DNA of 61,959 nt, filler included, from Porpidia crustulata (Eukaryota), in assembly GCA_964255105.1 (NCBI GenBank). It is 6 parts of 6 records of this genome, joined end to end, with 100 filler letters (N's around TTAATTAATTAA, not from the genome) between each part and the next. Parts side by side here need not be neighbours in the genome. Positions count along the whole stretch, not along the records: positions 1 to 10,253 come from CAXUWE010000805.1; positions 10,354 to 20,600 come from CAXUWE010000806.1; 4 more parts are not named here. One strand, given 5' to 3'. The notes under the pieces were generated by a model. The model was not told where the DNA came from, did not search any database, and was given only the letters and a program-made list of their open reading frames with translations. Positions 1 through 10,747 of the stretch are shown piece after piece. Every line of letters begins with the position of its first letter. Position 1 is the stretch's first letter. The translations under genes were made by a program, and so were the position numbers.

Positions 1-875
1 GTGAGCATCCTGAGGCCTACGCGCAGCCCGCGTAGCCTGTGTCCTGGGCAAGTGTCCCTAGCCTGGGACTAACATAATAGTAAATTTATCGAAATTACTA
101 ATCCGAAACAACAAATATAATTAGAACATTAAATGTTAATTCGAGTTTATAATCTGTTAACGTATCAGATCAAAAGTGAAAGCATTTATAATGATGTTGT
201 TATTAAAAAGTTATCTAAAGGATGAAACAAGAAATACAGAAAATTATCCACTAGCGTCCTCAGTCCCATGTGGCGGAGATTGTCAATTCCAACAGGAACA
301 AGTAAATTAAATCAATAAAAGCTCGTCCGAAGTAGTAGCAATGTCAAGACCACGGAAAAGAAAATGGACTTCGACTCGGAACACGATCTTGCCGTTCTTT
401 ACAGTCCTCTTGTTTATACTAGGAGGCTCGTCATCGGACCTCTAAGCCAAACACATTGACCGAAGGCGAGACGCGAGACCTAGAGCACCCGGTTTAGTCC
501 CTGAATGGCTGCCTTCACGAGAAGTAAGAGGGCGTGAGCTGCCACGGCGGCCAGCAGAGCGATTCGATTGTTCGGGCACAGATGAGGTGCGGGAAGACCT
601 GGGATTCCAAGTGCTGGATCTTCTCGCCGGCTCAGCCAAGGGTCCGTGGAACCGGGACGCCGAAGCTTGGATTGAGGCATCCGCACTGTCAGCGTGAGTA
701 AGTCTATACCTCTCACGGTCGTCTGCAAGATGTGAATCTCAGCTCCACTTGGCGTTCCTCGAGACATGACTGAGTTCAGAGCATTTTTTTGGACCCGAGT
801 CCCTAGAGGAGGGGATGCTGGAGACCCATCGGAGTCTTCCCAATAATGGAACTCCCAACCGAAGCCGCAATCAGG

Positions 876-1361
876 TCACAAAGAGCTGCTGGATCCGTAG
901 GCTAAGGGTGACGCGTGCGAGGACTGATAATGAGACGAAGACAATCCCGAAATTCCGTAGTGCGAGGAGGATGATATTGTCAGGCCATGACGAGCGGATG
1001 ACGGGCTCGAGTGCTCAAAGCGCCGAGATGAGATGGCGGATCGAGACTGTCGAGAGGACGAAGACCGAAATAAACTCTGACGATCCTTAGAGGCCAGCCG
1101 GCGCAATGACTCCGAAGTGGACATCCCTGATCGGCTTCGAAGCACAGGATGAAGTGCTGGCTCGCTTTTTGGGACGACCATCAAAGTCCTGCAAATAGGA
1201 CATTCATTGCTCTGTTGAAGCCATAATCTCAGACATTTTTCGTCCACGATGTGCAGGCAGGGAAGACGAAGGGGTTTCTCGTGATTGGCGTCGTAGTCCT
1301 CATGGCATATTATACACTGGTGTTCATGGGGGTTTGTGACCGTCGAGAAGCGACTTGCCAT
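876..1361 (-). CDS. RING-finger protein with Ser/Arg-rich tail (putative E3 ligase; possibly truncated)
   Basis: CIICHEDY...LPCLHIVDEKC...W...ECPICR follows RING spacing with Asp at ligand position 5, then low-complexity Ser-rich sequence; TGA at 876-878. Confidence 0.6.
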   Translation of the reverse strand: MASRFSTVTNPHEHQCIICHEDYDANHEKPLRLPCLHIVDEKCLRLWLQQSNECPICRTLMVVPKSEPALHPVLRSRSGMSTSESLRRLASKDRQSLFRSSSSRQSRSAISSRRFEHSSPSSARHGLTISSSSHYGISGLSSSHYQSSHASPLAYGSSSSL

Positions 1362-1761
1362 GCTATACCTTCCGCGAAATGCTCAACTTGAGACAATGCA
1401 CGTTCTTCACTCACCGTTAAATATGTAATCCTTGCACGCTGGCAGATGATACGACCTTCTCAAGTTCGTATCATTAGCAGCTGGATTGCGCTTCCAGAAC
1501 GAGACAATAAGCTGCTGAAGCATTGCCAGTGACAGGACTCGAAGGCTAGTTATATAGTCGTCGTTGGCATGGCGAATAGACCTCACAATTGCAGTCTTTT
1601 TCTTCTTTGTGCGAAACTCCTACCGGTAGCGGCCAATCCGTGCACAAAGGTCCTGAACCGCGTTAGAGCGAACCTAGGGGCAATGATTGTGGGCCTGGGC
1701 GCAGCACGAAAATCAATTACAGATTACTGCTGGGCTTGGGAGCGAATTCTCCGCAGAATAT

Positions 1762-2012
1762 CTACAACGTATCCGGGGAATCAATTGGTAGCACGTGGCG
1801 TTTGGCTATCTATACCCAATTTGACATCGTTTATGATCGGTATATCTACCCTAAAATCTCGTATGTTTTCCCTCTGAATCAATAACGATCTAAATAGATA
1901 AGCCGAGAAGATAAATAGATAGGTGAATAATTTAAAACAATTCATCAAATGCTTGAGCACGTATTTGAGTAATTCATCAAACAGATGAAAATTTATTGAA
2001 TTAGGGACCGAG
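1762..2012. mobile_element. Degenerate MITE copy, inverted relative to the 2013-2329 element
   Basis: 1762-1890 (ctacaacgtatccggggaatcaattggtagcacgtggcgtttggctat...ctgaatcaataacg) aligns by eye with the reverse complement of about 2205-2330; 1950-2010 aligns with the reverse complement of about 2093-2155. Confidence 0.75.
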
Positions 2013-2329
2013 TACTACGGTATCCGGGGAATCAATTGTTAGTACACTCGGTTAGCCCCCCTGCTAGCGTCTGATTTTCAATGTCAGAATATCCGGCCCC
2101 TAATTCAGCAAATTTTCACCTATTCGATGAATCACTCAATTATCTGCTCAAGCATCTGCTCAAGCATCTGCTCAAGCACTTGATACTATACATGCTCGTT
2201 GTCAGACCGTTATTGATTCAAAAGGAGAACATACTAGATATTAGGATAGATATACTGGCATAAAACGATATCAAATCGGGTATAGCCAAAAGCCACCTAC
2301 TAACAATTATTCCCCCGGATACCGTAGTA
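2013..2329. mobile_element. Non-autonomous TIR element (MITE), Tc1/mariner-like, TA-flanked
   Basis: Left end TACTACGGTATCCGGGGAATCAATTGTTAGTA; right end reverse complement TACTACGGTATCCGGGGGAATAATTGTTAGTA; near-perfect TIR of about 30 bp, TA at both ends, about 315 bp long, no transposase ORF. Confidence 0.85.
2142..2177. repeat. 12-bp tandem repeat (ATCTGCTCAAGC)x3 inside the MITE
   Basis: Three exact copies read directly at 2142-2153, 2154-2165 and 2166-2177. Confidence 0.95.
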
Positions 2330-2536
2330 GGCAACAGTCTAGGCAGCCATCAAAATATTCTGAAAATTACCGATCCATACCGTAAGATTCGTTTTGCCAT
2401 TGCAGGCGCTAGAAATAAACAGTGGGAAGCCCTCGTAAAACAGCGGCGAGACCATCGCCGCGTCTCACAAGCCCATTAACCTTAAATTTCACCACTCAAG
2501 ACAAAAGATCGAACTATTCCTTAAGATATCCCGATC

Positions 2537-2892
2537 ATGCCCCTTGTAGTCCCCGGCGTCATGACTGCCAGCGACGGAAACCAGCAGGACAGCTGGATGA
2601 ACAAGCTTGCGGGAAAGAAGATTACCGAATCAGCCAGTGATGCCACCGTATAGCCTCCAAAATAAATCTCGCTGGGTTCAGTTGACGCTAATGATTGTAC
2701 AGAGCTTCTCTAGGCAGGATCTGCCGAAAAATCATCGAATTATTGAGCCTGACTCCACGATGACTACGGATCACGTACCAGATCGGTAAACGAGACACGT
2801 ACGTCGGAATATAGAACAGAGGCTGACCCTGTACCAGCTTGAATGTTCATGTCGGCGAGGACGGGATTGTCAAGCATGTGGATTTCAAGTGA
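2537..2892 (+). CDS. Small conserved fungal protein, peptidase inhibitor I78-like (about 82 aa, 3 exons)
   Basis: Exons 2537-2647, 2703-2785 and 2838-2892 with GT-AG introns and CTAAT/CTGAC branch sites give MPLVVPGVMTASDGNQQDSWMNKLAGKKITESASDATSFSRQDLPKNHRIIEPDSTMTTDHVPDRLNVHVGEDGIVKHVDFK; the T-x-D-x-x-P-D-R-L-N-V motif is typical of I78. Confidence 0.85.
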
Positions 2893-3074
2893 AACATTGA
2901 ACGTTTGGGTGGTATTTGACGAATTTATGAAGCCCACGGAATGCACTTTCTAGTTTGTCTTATTCTTACGTTTCTCGTCATGTCATACTTTTGTAAGCAG
3001 AGCCATTATGTAGCGTACTCCAGAATCCTCTATAGGGTGACTAATCCTGCAACTTCCTCTCGGGTGACACTTAT

Positions 3075-6000
3075 TTAGATTCCAAAATCTTCTCCGACTG
3101 CATCTAGTACCGTCTTCAACGCTCTCGTCATGTCTGCGTCTCTTTGTGCGGCGCTCAAAGCTTTCATTATGAATGGATAAAGTCGATGTAAATGGTTTTT
3201 GGTGCTTTCGCTAATGCCTGGCATTGGGGGTATAGCCTTTGGCTCAGGCTCCAGTTCCACAATCTTTTGCAAGATGCACAGCATCTCTTTCTTCTGAGAT
3301 AACGGCTGCGGCATACGCCCACGCAGTGGCTGGTCAAGCGCATATGCCTTGAGTGTGATACCTACGCGAAGAATCAGATAAGGAGCGGCGGCTTGAGCCA
3401 GTCTAATACGTTCAGGGGAACTATCGTGGACGGCGACAAGGTCGAAAAGCTCGTCAAGCAGCACATAAGCGAGCTTTGATCTTGGGCTAGGGGGCAGATC
3501 TTGGACACGGCCGATATGTTTGCTCCGCAGACCTTCAAGTGGTTCATGCCCAGGCCTGGGGAGATCATCAGGGTGGGGCTCGTGTATGACGGAATGCGTG
3601 AAGATAGATTTGCTGTACGTACGGCATACGGAATCCGAAAGCAACTGGTTTCCCAGATTACCGGTGAGAAGGTTTCGAATGGTAGAGAACGCGGAGGTGT
3701 CAAACTCCTGATCCTTTTTTATTTTTGAGTCGTCAAGATTCATCGACGATGAGAATTTTGCACTTATGATACCATCGTTGATCCTGATTACTTCGTTCAT
3801 GAACTCCGAATAGCCGGATTCCATATTTACTGGTGGCTTGGTAACGGGTATGAATGTTTGTAAAATGGCCACTGCGGTTGTGGTAGCCTTCTCCCATGTC
3901 GAGGGTGGCTTGCCTTCCGTATGCCACTGATACTTTAGGTGCAATGGCACAGACAGGGCTTGTAATGCTCTTGATAGCAGTCTAGGCGTTTCCGTCCCGG
4001 CCGGACTTACATGGCCTACAACGTAGGATTGAAGCGAGTCCATGGCGGATTTTGAAAGAGCAATATAGGTCGGACCTGCTCTTCGATCTTGGACTTCGAC
4101 ATCAAAAGCTAGAGTCACCAACTCGGCGGCATTATCGATCAATTTTGTCATCACCCCAGGTATGCCAGGGGGGATCGTCTTCAGGCTCTCGATAGCATAC
4201 TTTTGCACAGGTATCATGCGATCAGTGTCGCCATCGTACGTCGCCGTGCCTGCGCTAACAATAGTCGCACGGAGCGCTTCGATGACTCTTCCAGCACGTT
4301 CGCATGATAAATCCGAGCCGACAAGGCGAAGCAACTGCTTAAGACAGTCTAGATAAACCACGAGGGTGCCCTGACTTCTGTTGTTTCCATCAGGAGAATC
4401 GGTATGAGCACCAGGATTACCGTCCTGCCATACCTGCCAAGCTTTGTCGAATGAGCTCGCTCCCATCGTCTCCATATCTTTGGTTTCTACAAGCATCCTT
4501 GTCAATCCAGAAAACACAACGCGACTCACACTCAAAACTTGTCGTCCTAAAAGCTCATTGAGGTAGTCTAATAGGCCCGTCCACATCTCTGGAAAATCGG
4601 CATTAACTCTTATGGTGTCCAAGAATTGAGCAAAGATCTTGGTAAGTCCTTCGGTGAGTATAATCGTAGTCTCGTTCCATTCAGCCATAACCTGTTCGCG
4701 TATGGTGGTGTTTTCTATGCCTCGAGCATCAAGATAGTTTCTTTGGTTTGCGGAAAGTAATAGAGCAAAGACTACGCTATAGCAGACTCGCCACGCAGAG
4801 GCACTTACTTGGTCACCGCTGGCGTCAAAGATTCTAAATAAGGTGTGTAAGGCGCCTTAAGAAACTTTAGTATGGATTCCTTCTTGAATAATAATTACCT
4901 ACTATGCCGTACTTCCGTCCGTCTGTCAGTCGTCACATGCATCAAGTGAACAAGCAAACAGAGCCATAAAGCTGGTAATGGTACATCACGATCATGTGCG
5001 TATATGAGATCCATAAAGTCGATCCTTGATTGACATTCCATGATACGACTATCGAATGTAATGCTTTCACTGTCACGCTGGAGAAAGTCCGATATATTTC
5101 GGAAGAACGTCGTTGTCTGAATTGTCATGAAGTAAGTAAACATTCGTTTCCAACAATGCGTGTCGGATTACTTGCTGCGAGTGAGATATTGAGATCTTCT
5201 TCTTGGGTGCTAAACGAGTAAAGAGTCTCTAATAAAACTGGTAAGTAAGAGTGTGGGACAGCATTTAGAAAGTCGGAACATATAAGTTGCAATGATGCAT
5301 ACGAGGATTTGACGAGCCTTGGGGACAGCATTCGGAGTGCGACGGTATTTGGTGGCTGGGGTTTCCCAGATGATGTTGTTATGTGGAAAACACTCGTCAT
5401 TATAGCAAAAATGGAGTCCCAGCCATGACGAAGAGAGTATCCGCACTGTTCTAGGACCGCATGGAGCGTCTCTAGTGCCAATCTGAGGATTTCAACTTCG
5501 CAAGATTGCTGGCCTTTAGGAACTTGCTGATTTCCATCATCGCGAATTGAATTAATCTCTTTCAGTAAAGCATCTAAGCATCTCTTTCGAGTAGCATCCT
5601 TATCTTCTACAGATGTAGACTCCTGCGCAACAGCTGTACTTGAAACAAGAGTGTTCAACGTGCTCGCGGCTTGGATCCGAATATCGGAAGTGGTCTTGAG
5701 TGAGCTAAGTAGAATGACCAAAACGGAGACTATAAGGTCCCAACCGGTTTCAAAGGTCTCTTCTTGTAATAGCCGAATCAAATTACACCGAATGAGATTA
5801 CCGAGCTTCCTAAGAACAAACTCATTGGCTCTCTCATTGACAGTCCCTTCTGTCGATTCCCCAATTCTAGAAGCTACTTTGTGTTTATCTTGCGATGCAA
5901 AGTGAGGGGAATTTATGTGGTCCATGGGTGACTCCTTCGGAAGGTCCACACTGCGCAGTAGGCCGCATAGACAATTTATCATGTCCATAAAAGCCTTGTT

Positions 6001-8484
6001 CGAAAGGTCCGCAGTACTCTCAAACATTCTAGATGCGGCTGTCTCTGCAGCAGTAATCTCGACTCCGACTTCACCTGGGCTGTTTACAATCCCACTAGCG
6101 CTCCGGTCTTCTGATGACTGCCTTGAGTGCTTGCCAGTGGTTTGTTGACGCATTGTACCAGAGTGAGTCAATATCAGATCTGCTTGCTGCAGTATCTCTA
6201 GTATCATTAACCACGAGTCTCCCAGTACTGGTCCCAAGGCTATACCAAGATTGAGTAAAGCCCTCAAGCAGAGCAGATTTCGAGTGTTCAATCTGAGGGA
6301 ACCGCGGTCGACGGACTGTCTGACATGGTCTGTTGTTACACTTTGCATTGGATTAGACTCTGGATCACTTTCTTCCTCTTCCCCATTCCAACGCCCAACA
6401 TCTCCACCATATCCAGAAGCCGCAAAATGGTTATCCATGTTAGGTGTATTGAGACTTACTGGGGGTACGGCATGCTTCCCAAGGGTCGTAAGGAAAGCAT
6501 CTCGAGGTGTCATCATGTCCAGTAACCCAGCAACATGAGTAAACTTTTGGAACGACCGGATGAGCGCATGATAGTAATCAGAGTCAAGAGTCGCGTTCAA
6601 GAACGTTGAGCATCCCGCCAATACAGCTGGCCAGCAATTTTCAACTATATGCCCCGAGGTACGGATCTGGCTGTAGAGAACATGGTCTTCCAAAGATAGT
6701 GGGTTGACCGGCACCTTGCGTGTCCGGTAGGATCGATTCCGGGAAAGTCGTTTTTCCTCACTAATCGTAGGGGTCGTATTAGTAGTGTCAGTAGCAACGC
6801 CTGAGCTTACCTCTTGGCTTTGAGATACACGGGTCTTCCGTTTTGGCTTCACCTCGCTGGGTGTCGTGAAGGGCAGAAGAAAACGCGCAAGACCTTCAGA
6901 AAATGTATTGAAGCAAGTAAGAGTGAGTCCGTAGATGTACGCAGCGGGAAACGATGGAGCTTCCAATTTGTCAAGCTGGTCGATGCACGGGATCCTGATC
7001 GTACTCGACTGGGTACTGATGCCGGGCGGGTTGGGTCCAATCACGTTGACGGCAGCTCCGATGCTGCTCATGATTCCAGTATCTGTTATGATTTTTCGCA
7101 CATTTGAGTCATCTAAAGGCGTCGATGTGGACGATGCAAGTGTAGATTGTTGCCCCATACCAACGGCAATCGGATTCTCGGAGGCGAGACGTACAAGAGC
7201 CGCCAAATGATCCCGAAGAATGTTTCTTTTGCCTTCTTGCTCATCGAAGTGAGAGTAAATACTCCTGATAAGCGCCGGTTCGGAGTGAAGCCCACGGAAC
7301 ATCTCTAGACATAACGCCCGCTTCCATACAACTGCAGCATCCGGATCCAACATGTGGTTGACAAGACTCAAGGCAACCTCACATTCAGGCGCGAGAGCAA
7401 AGAGAAAGCGCCGGACTATGACTTGCAAGAGCCTTGTCGCCCGTACAGTAGCGGGAAAACTTGCTTTTTCAGACATGATCTTGACTACGAGTGGCATTAA
7501 GCCAGTACGAAGGACGTGAAGTTGCTCTGGACGGGCCATGACAATTTCGTCATGATTGACAAGTATAGACTCTACGAGCTCAAGGCCGAAATTTTGAGAT
7601 AATGACGCCCCTTTAAACGTCTTTGAATGCTGGCCTTCTGTCAGAAGGCACAGGTCCGTTGAGACCTATACGAAGTTATCAACACTTAGCTTGCATTGAG
7701 GAACTAGTGTGAACTTACATAGTAAGCATCTAATGCGGCACCAGATATGTGTATAGTATCATCGGCTGTTGGTACCTCTACGGCAAGTTCGTCTTCAGAA
7801 TTCCTACCTCCACCATCTTCTTTCGCAATTTTTTCAAAGCTAGATAAGACTAGCTGCTGGAGTGTAGCTGCAGCAGTATTGGATACTACTGCTGTCTTAA
7901 TGCTATGTAGTAAGAAGCATACTTGGAAAGCGGCTACTAATAGCTCTCCTGTGATGAACTCTGCAAAATTTTGCAATAGCGACGGAAGCGCTTGAAGTAC
8001 TTTCAATTGAATATCGAGGGCTATGAAGCATCAGTGCAAAACTCTCAAGCTTGCGCCGTAAGTGTTATACCTAGCAATGAGCATTCTCGGAAGGCCTCTA
8101 GGGTAGCTCCAAGAGCCTCAATTGGAAGGCCTTTGGTGACAATAAGTCGCTGAAGGCAAATGATTGCACTGCCGGCCAATTTTGGATTACGCGTATGGCA
8201 GGCGAGTAAAAATGGTTGCACAAAATAAGGGCGACTTTTCAAATCTCTTTCAAGGTCAGCTAGAAGCACAAGCCAGGAAGTCTGACACAAACCTGCCGAA
8301 AGCTGAAGCTCAGAAGTGTGAGGAAGAGCTTTGAGATCGTTTATGGACTTGTCAGCAGCCTTTGAATTTGTTAGGGAAGTCACATCAAAGTCTTAAATTG
8401 ACGCACATTTCTCAAATCCGAGTTTTTCCTCTTAGAATCTTGAATCAGAGCTGACAGCTCGGAGTTGAGCAGCTGAGCTGTCAT
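3075..8484 (-). CDS. MON2: Mon2 (Sec7-family-related endosomal/Golgi scaffold), multi-exon
   Basis: N-terminus MTAQLLNSELSALIQDSKRKNSDLRN; DCB-like exon (PFLLACHTRNPKLAGSAIICLQRL); motifs LLDMMTPRDAFLTTLGKHAVP, LNTRNLLCLRALLNLGIALGP and LQLICSDFL; ORF blocks 8045-8383, 7704-8006, 5125-7539, 4895-5143 and 3075-4688. Confidence 0.93.
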
Positions 8485-8856
8485 GACTGGACTTGGGATT
8501 ACATTCAAGTCTTTGTAATGCCAACTTCATTCTCAAACATGCCCGTCTCGGAAAGGATTCTGTAGCCCATTTGGCACTTGAATCCCGAGGAATCTTCTTT
8601 GATTTGAACTAGACAACGGTGTTCTGATAGATTAGGCTCCAAAGTACCCCGATCGTTTACTTACTTTATCTTACGATATGTTTGTATTATATCTTTAGCG
8701 GTAAATTAAAGTGGGTTGAAGTCGGGTGGGCTGCAGAAACCTCACCATGACGCTGATTTATGAGCACCGAAATTTGGACTTCTGCACTTTACCAACTGAG
8801 GACCGTCTACCTCGTTCCTTTAAGCCCGTCTCTTATAGCTGAGGTCTATCGTGATC

Positions 8857-9500
8857 ATGGGAGCCAAGATTCCGAGGAATTTTCGGCTGCTTGAAGAGCT
8901 TGAGAAAGGCGAAAAAGGACTCGGTGCCGGTAGATTGCAAAGGCTCTCATTGGAGACGATCCAATTACTAAATGAGTACAAATAGAGGCTTGTTCATACG
9001 GCCTCTCTGATGGAGATGATCTGCTGATGTCCAACTGGAATGGGACAATATTGGGACCCCCACATGTGAGATTCTTTCCAGCTCATGGCTGGAGAGATGC
9101 CTGCTTACAGTCTGTTCCATACTCACAGAGTGCACACGAAAATCGTATCTACAGCCTAAATATCCATTGCGGGGAAGAATATCCCGATAAACCTCCAGAA
9201 GTGAAATTTGTTTCGAAGATCAATCTGCCGTGTGTAGACCCAAGACATGGAAAGGTTAGGAACAAATATATCGTGATTATTCCTTGGCTCATGGCAAGAT
9301 CAGGTCGATCCAACAAGACTTCCATGCCTTTTCCAGTGGAAACGAGAGAACACTATGGAGACTATCCTGATCGAGCTTCGAAGGTTGCAATCTTCTCTCC
9401 AGATTCCGAACTTCGTCATTGACATGTATATCTCAGATACATGGCTCTCCCCCAACATAAGAAGCTTCCACAGCCGGCCGAGGGGACTACGTTCTCCTAA
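8857..9500 (+). CDS. MMS2: Ubiquitin-conjugating enzyme variant Mms2 (UEV), 5 exons
   Basis: Spliced product [31 protein letters not shown]...MSNWNGTILGPPHSAHENRIYSLNIHCGEEYPDKPP...INLPCVD...METILIELRRYMALPQHKKLPQPAEGTTFS; TAA at 9498-9500. Confidence 0.95.
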
Positions 9501-9794
9501 TCGGTCAAGGTAATAAAGTCGTAAGATCTGAACTTATGGATAGCGAATTTCACCTTGATGTACGCATTGCTGGCGTCTACGGGGATGTGAATGGCAGCTC
9601 TGGAGCGGATATGGGTTATTGATATTACTACAGTAGCTTTGCCTTAAGAGATACAATTCTCTCTGCAAATTGCCCATGCTAATATTGTTGCTTGTGATAT
9701 CCGATATCATCACGTGACCCGCGCGCCTGTTCAGCTTAAAAAGGTAAACTTAACTTCCGCCAAACACGCCGATTTACCGACACATGAGCGTCGA

Positions 9795-10253
9795 ATGCCA
9801 AGGTGGATCACCCTAAATAAATCAGGAGTGCATCGAGCAGCATGTAAGTATATTGTCAAAGAGTATACAATATTCTCTAATAGAGGCTCGATTCAGGCTT
9901 CGCTCTCTACCGTGCGCTCCTTCGGCGGGCCTACCGGCTGCCCGTGTTTGAAGAGCCACGATCGCTTTTGACAAAGCGGATTAGAAAGACCTTCCAAAAG
10001 AATGCAAACCTCCAGGGTCCTTCGGCCATTGTCACCGCACTGCGATCGGGCTACTCGGTGAGCAAGAAAGAATTCCGCATATCGGCGCCCGAAGTACTAA
10101 CCAAACTCTAAGACCCTACAAACACTCCAGACCGGACCACCCGGCTGGCAAGATGCCTTGACCTCCGCCTTGCGCCCCACGACCAAATCCTCGATACCTC
10201 CCATACTGCATTCAACCCCAATCCCTCCAATCCCATCAACCAAACTCGTGAAC
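9795..10253 (+). CDS. LYR-motif (Complex1_LYR-like) protein, 3' end lost at contig end
   Basis: ATG at 9795, introns GTAAGT...CAG and GTGAGC...AAG; product MPRWITLNKSGVHRAACFALYRALLRRAYRLP...RIRKTFQKNANL; LYRALLR motif plus downstream R-x-x-F. Confidence 0.7.
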
Positions 10254-10353
10254 NNNNNNNNNNNNNNNNNNNNNNNNNNNNNNNNNNNNNNNNNNNNTTA
10301 ATTAATTAANNNNNNNNNNNNNNNNNNNNNNNNNNNNNNNNNNNNNNNNNNNN
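10254..10353. other. Artificial contig spacer (N44-TTAATTAATTAA-N44)
   Basis: 100-bp linker with stop codons in all six frames; identical copies elsewhere in the window. Confidence 0.98.
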
Positions 10354-10747
10354 GGGCTGGGGCAAATCATCGTCTATTATTCTACGGGCGACACATGCCA
10401 CAGTTGTTCTCAGCATACTACCACACTACTACGTGACCCGGTCAAGCTGGACATGACCCGTCTGCGACCTGCAAAACACTGAAAAGACGACCGTGGATCC
10501 TGGTCCTCGTCCTAGATACCCCGCAGAGCTGTGACATCTAATGGCGTCCGGCAAGTGGGCCTCTGGCCAGAACTCTTTGCAGGTCAACTGTCGATACGAC
10601 CAATTGGCCTCTGATCTTCTCTGATCCTGACACATCACATATACGCAGTCAAAGTTTTCTAAACTCTTTAAACATTACCATCAAATGGTTGTGGGAGCTA
10701 TTCATACGATCTGACGTCTCCGTGTAGCCAAGTGCTCTCCTGCTATC

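Noticed and set aside
1..300. AT-rich tract with a small hairpin (CTACGCG-CAGCC-CGCGTAG) as a transposon end
   Set aside because: Only short inverted matches and no supportable TIR/TSD pair; may be a decayed repeat but cannot be called
2081..2263. 60-aa ORF with LLKH repeats
   Set aside because: Lies inside the MITE; the repeat is the translation of the 12-bp tandem repeat
2013..2329. CRISPR-like array or tRNA/structured ncRNA
   Set aside because: No repeat-spacer periodicity or cloverleaf; fully explained by TIRs; eukaryotic context
10298..10309. TTAATTAATTAA recurring about every 10.3 kb as a biological repeat or regulatory palindrome
   Set aside because: Always embedded in exactly 44+44 Ns; an assembly linker with six-frame stops
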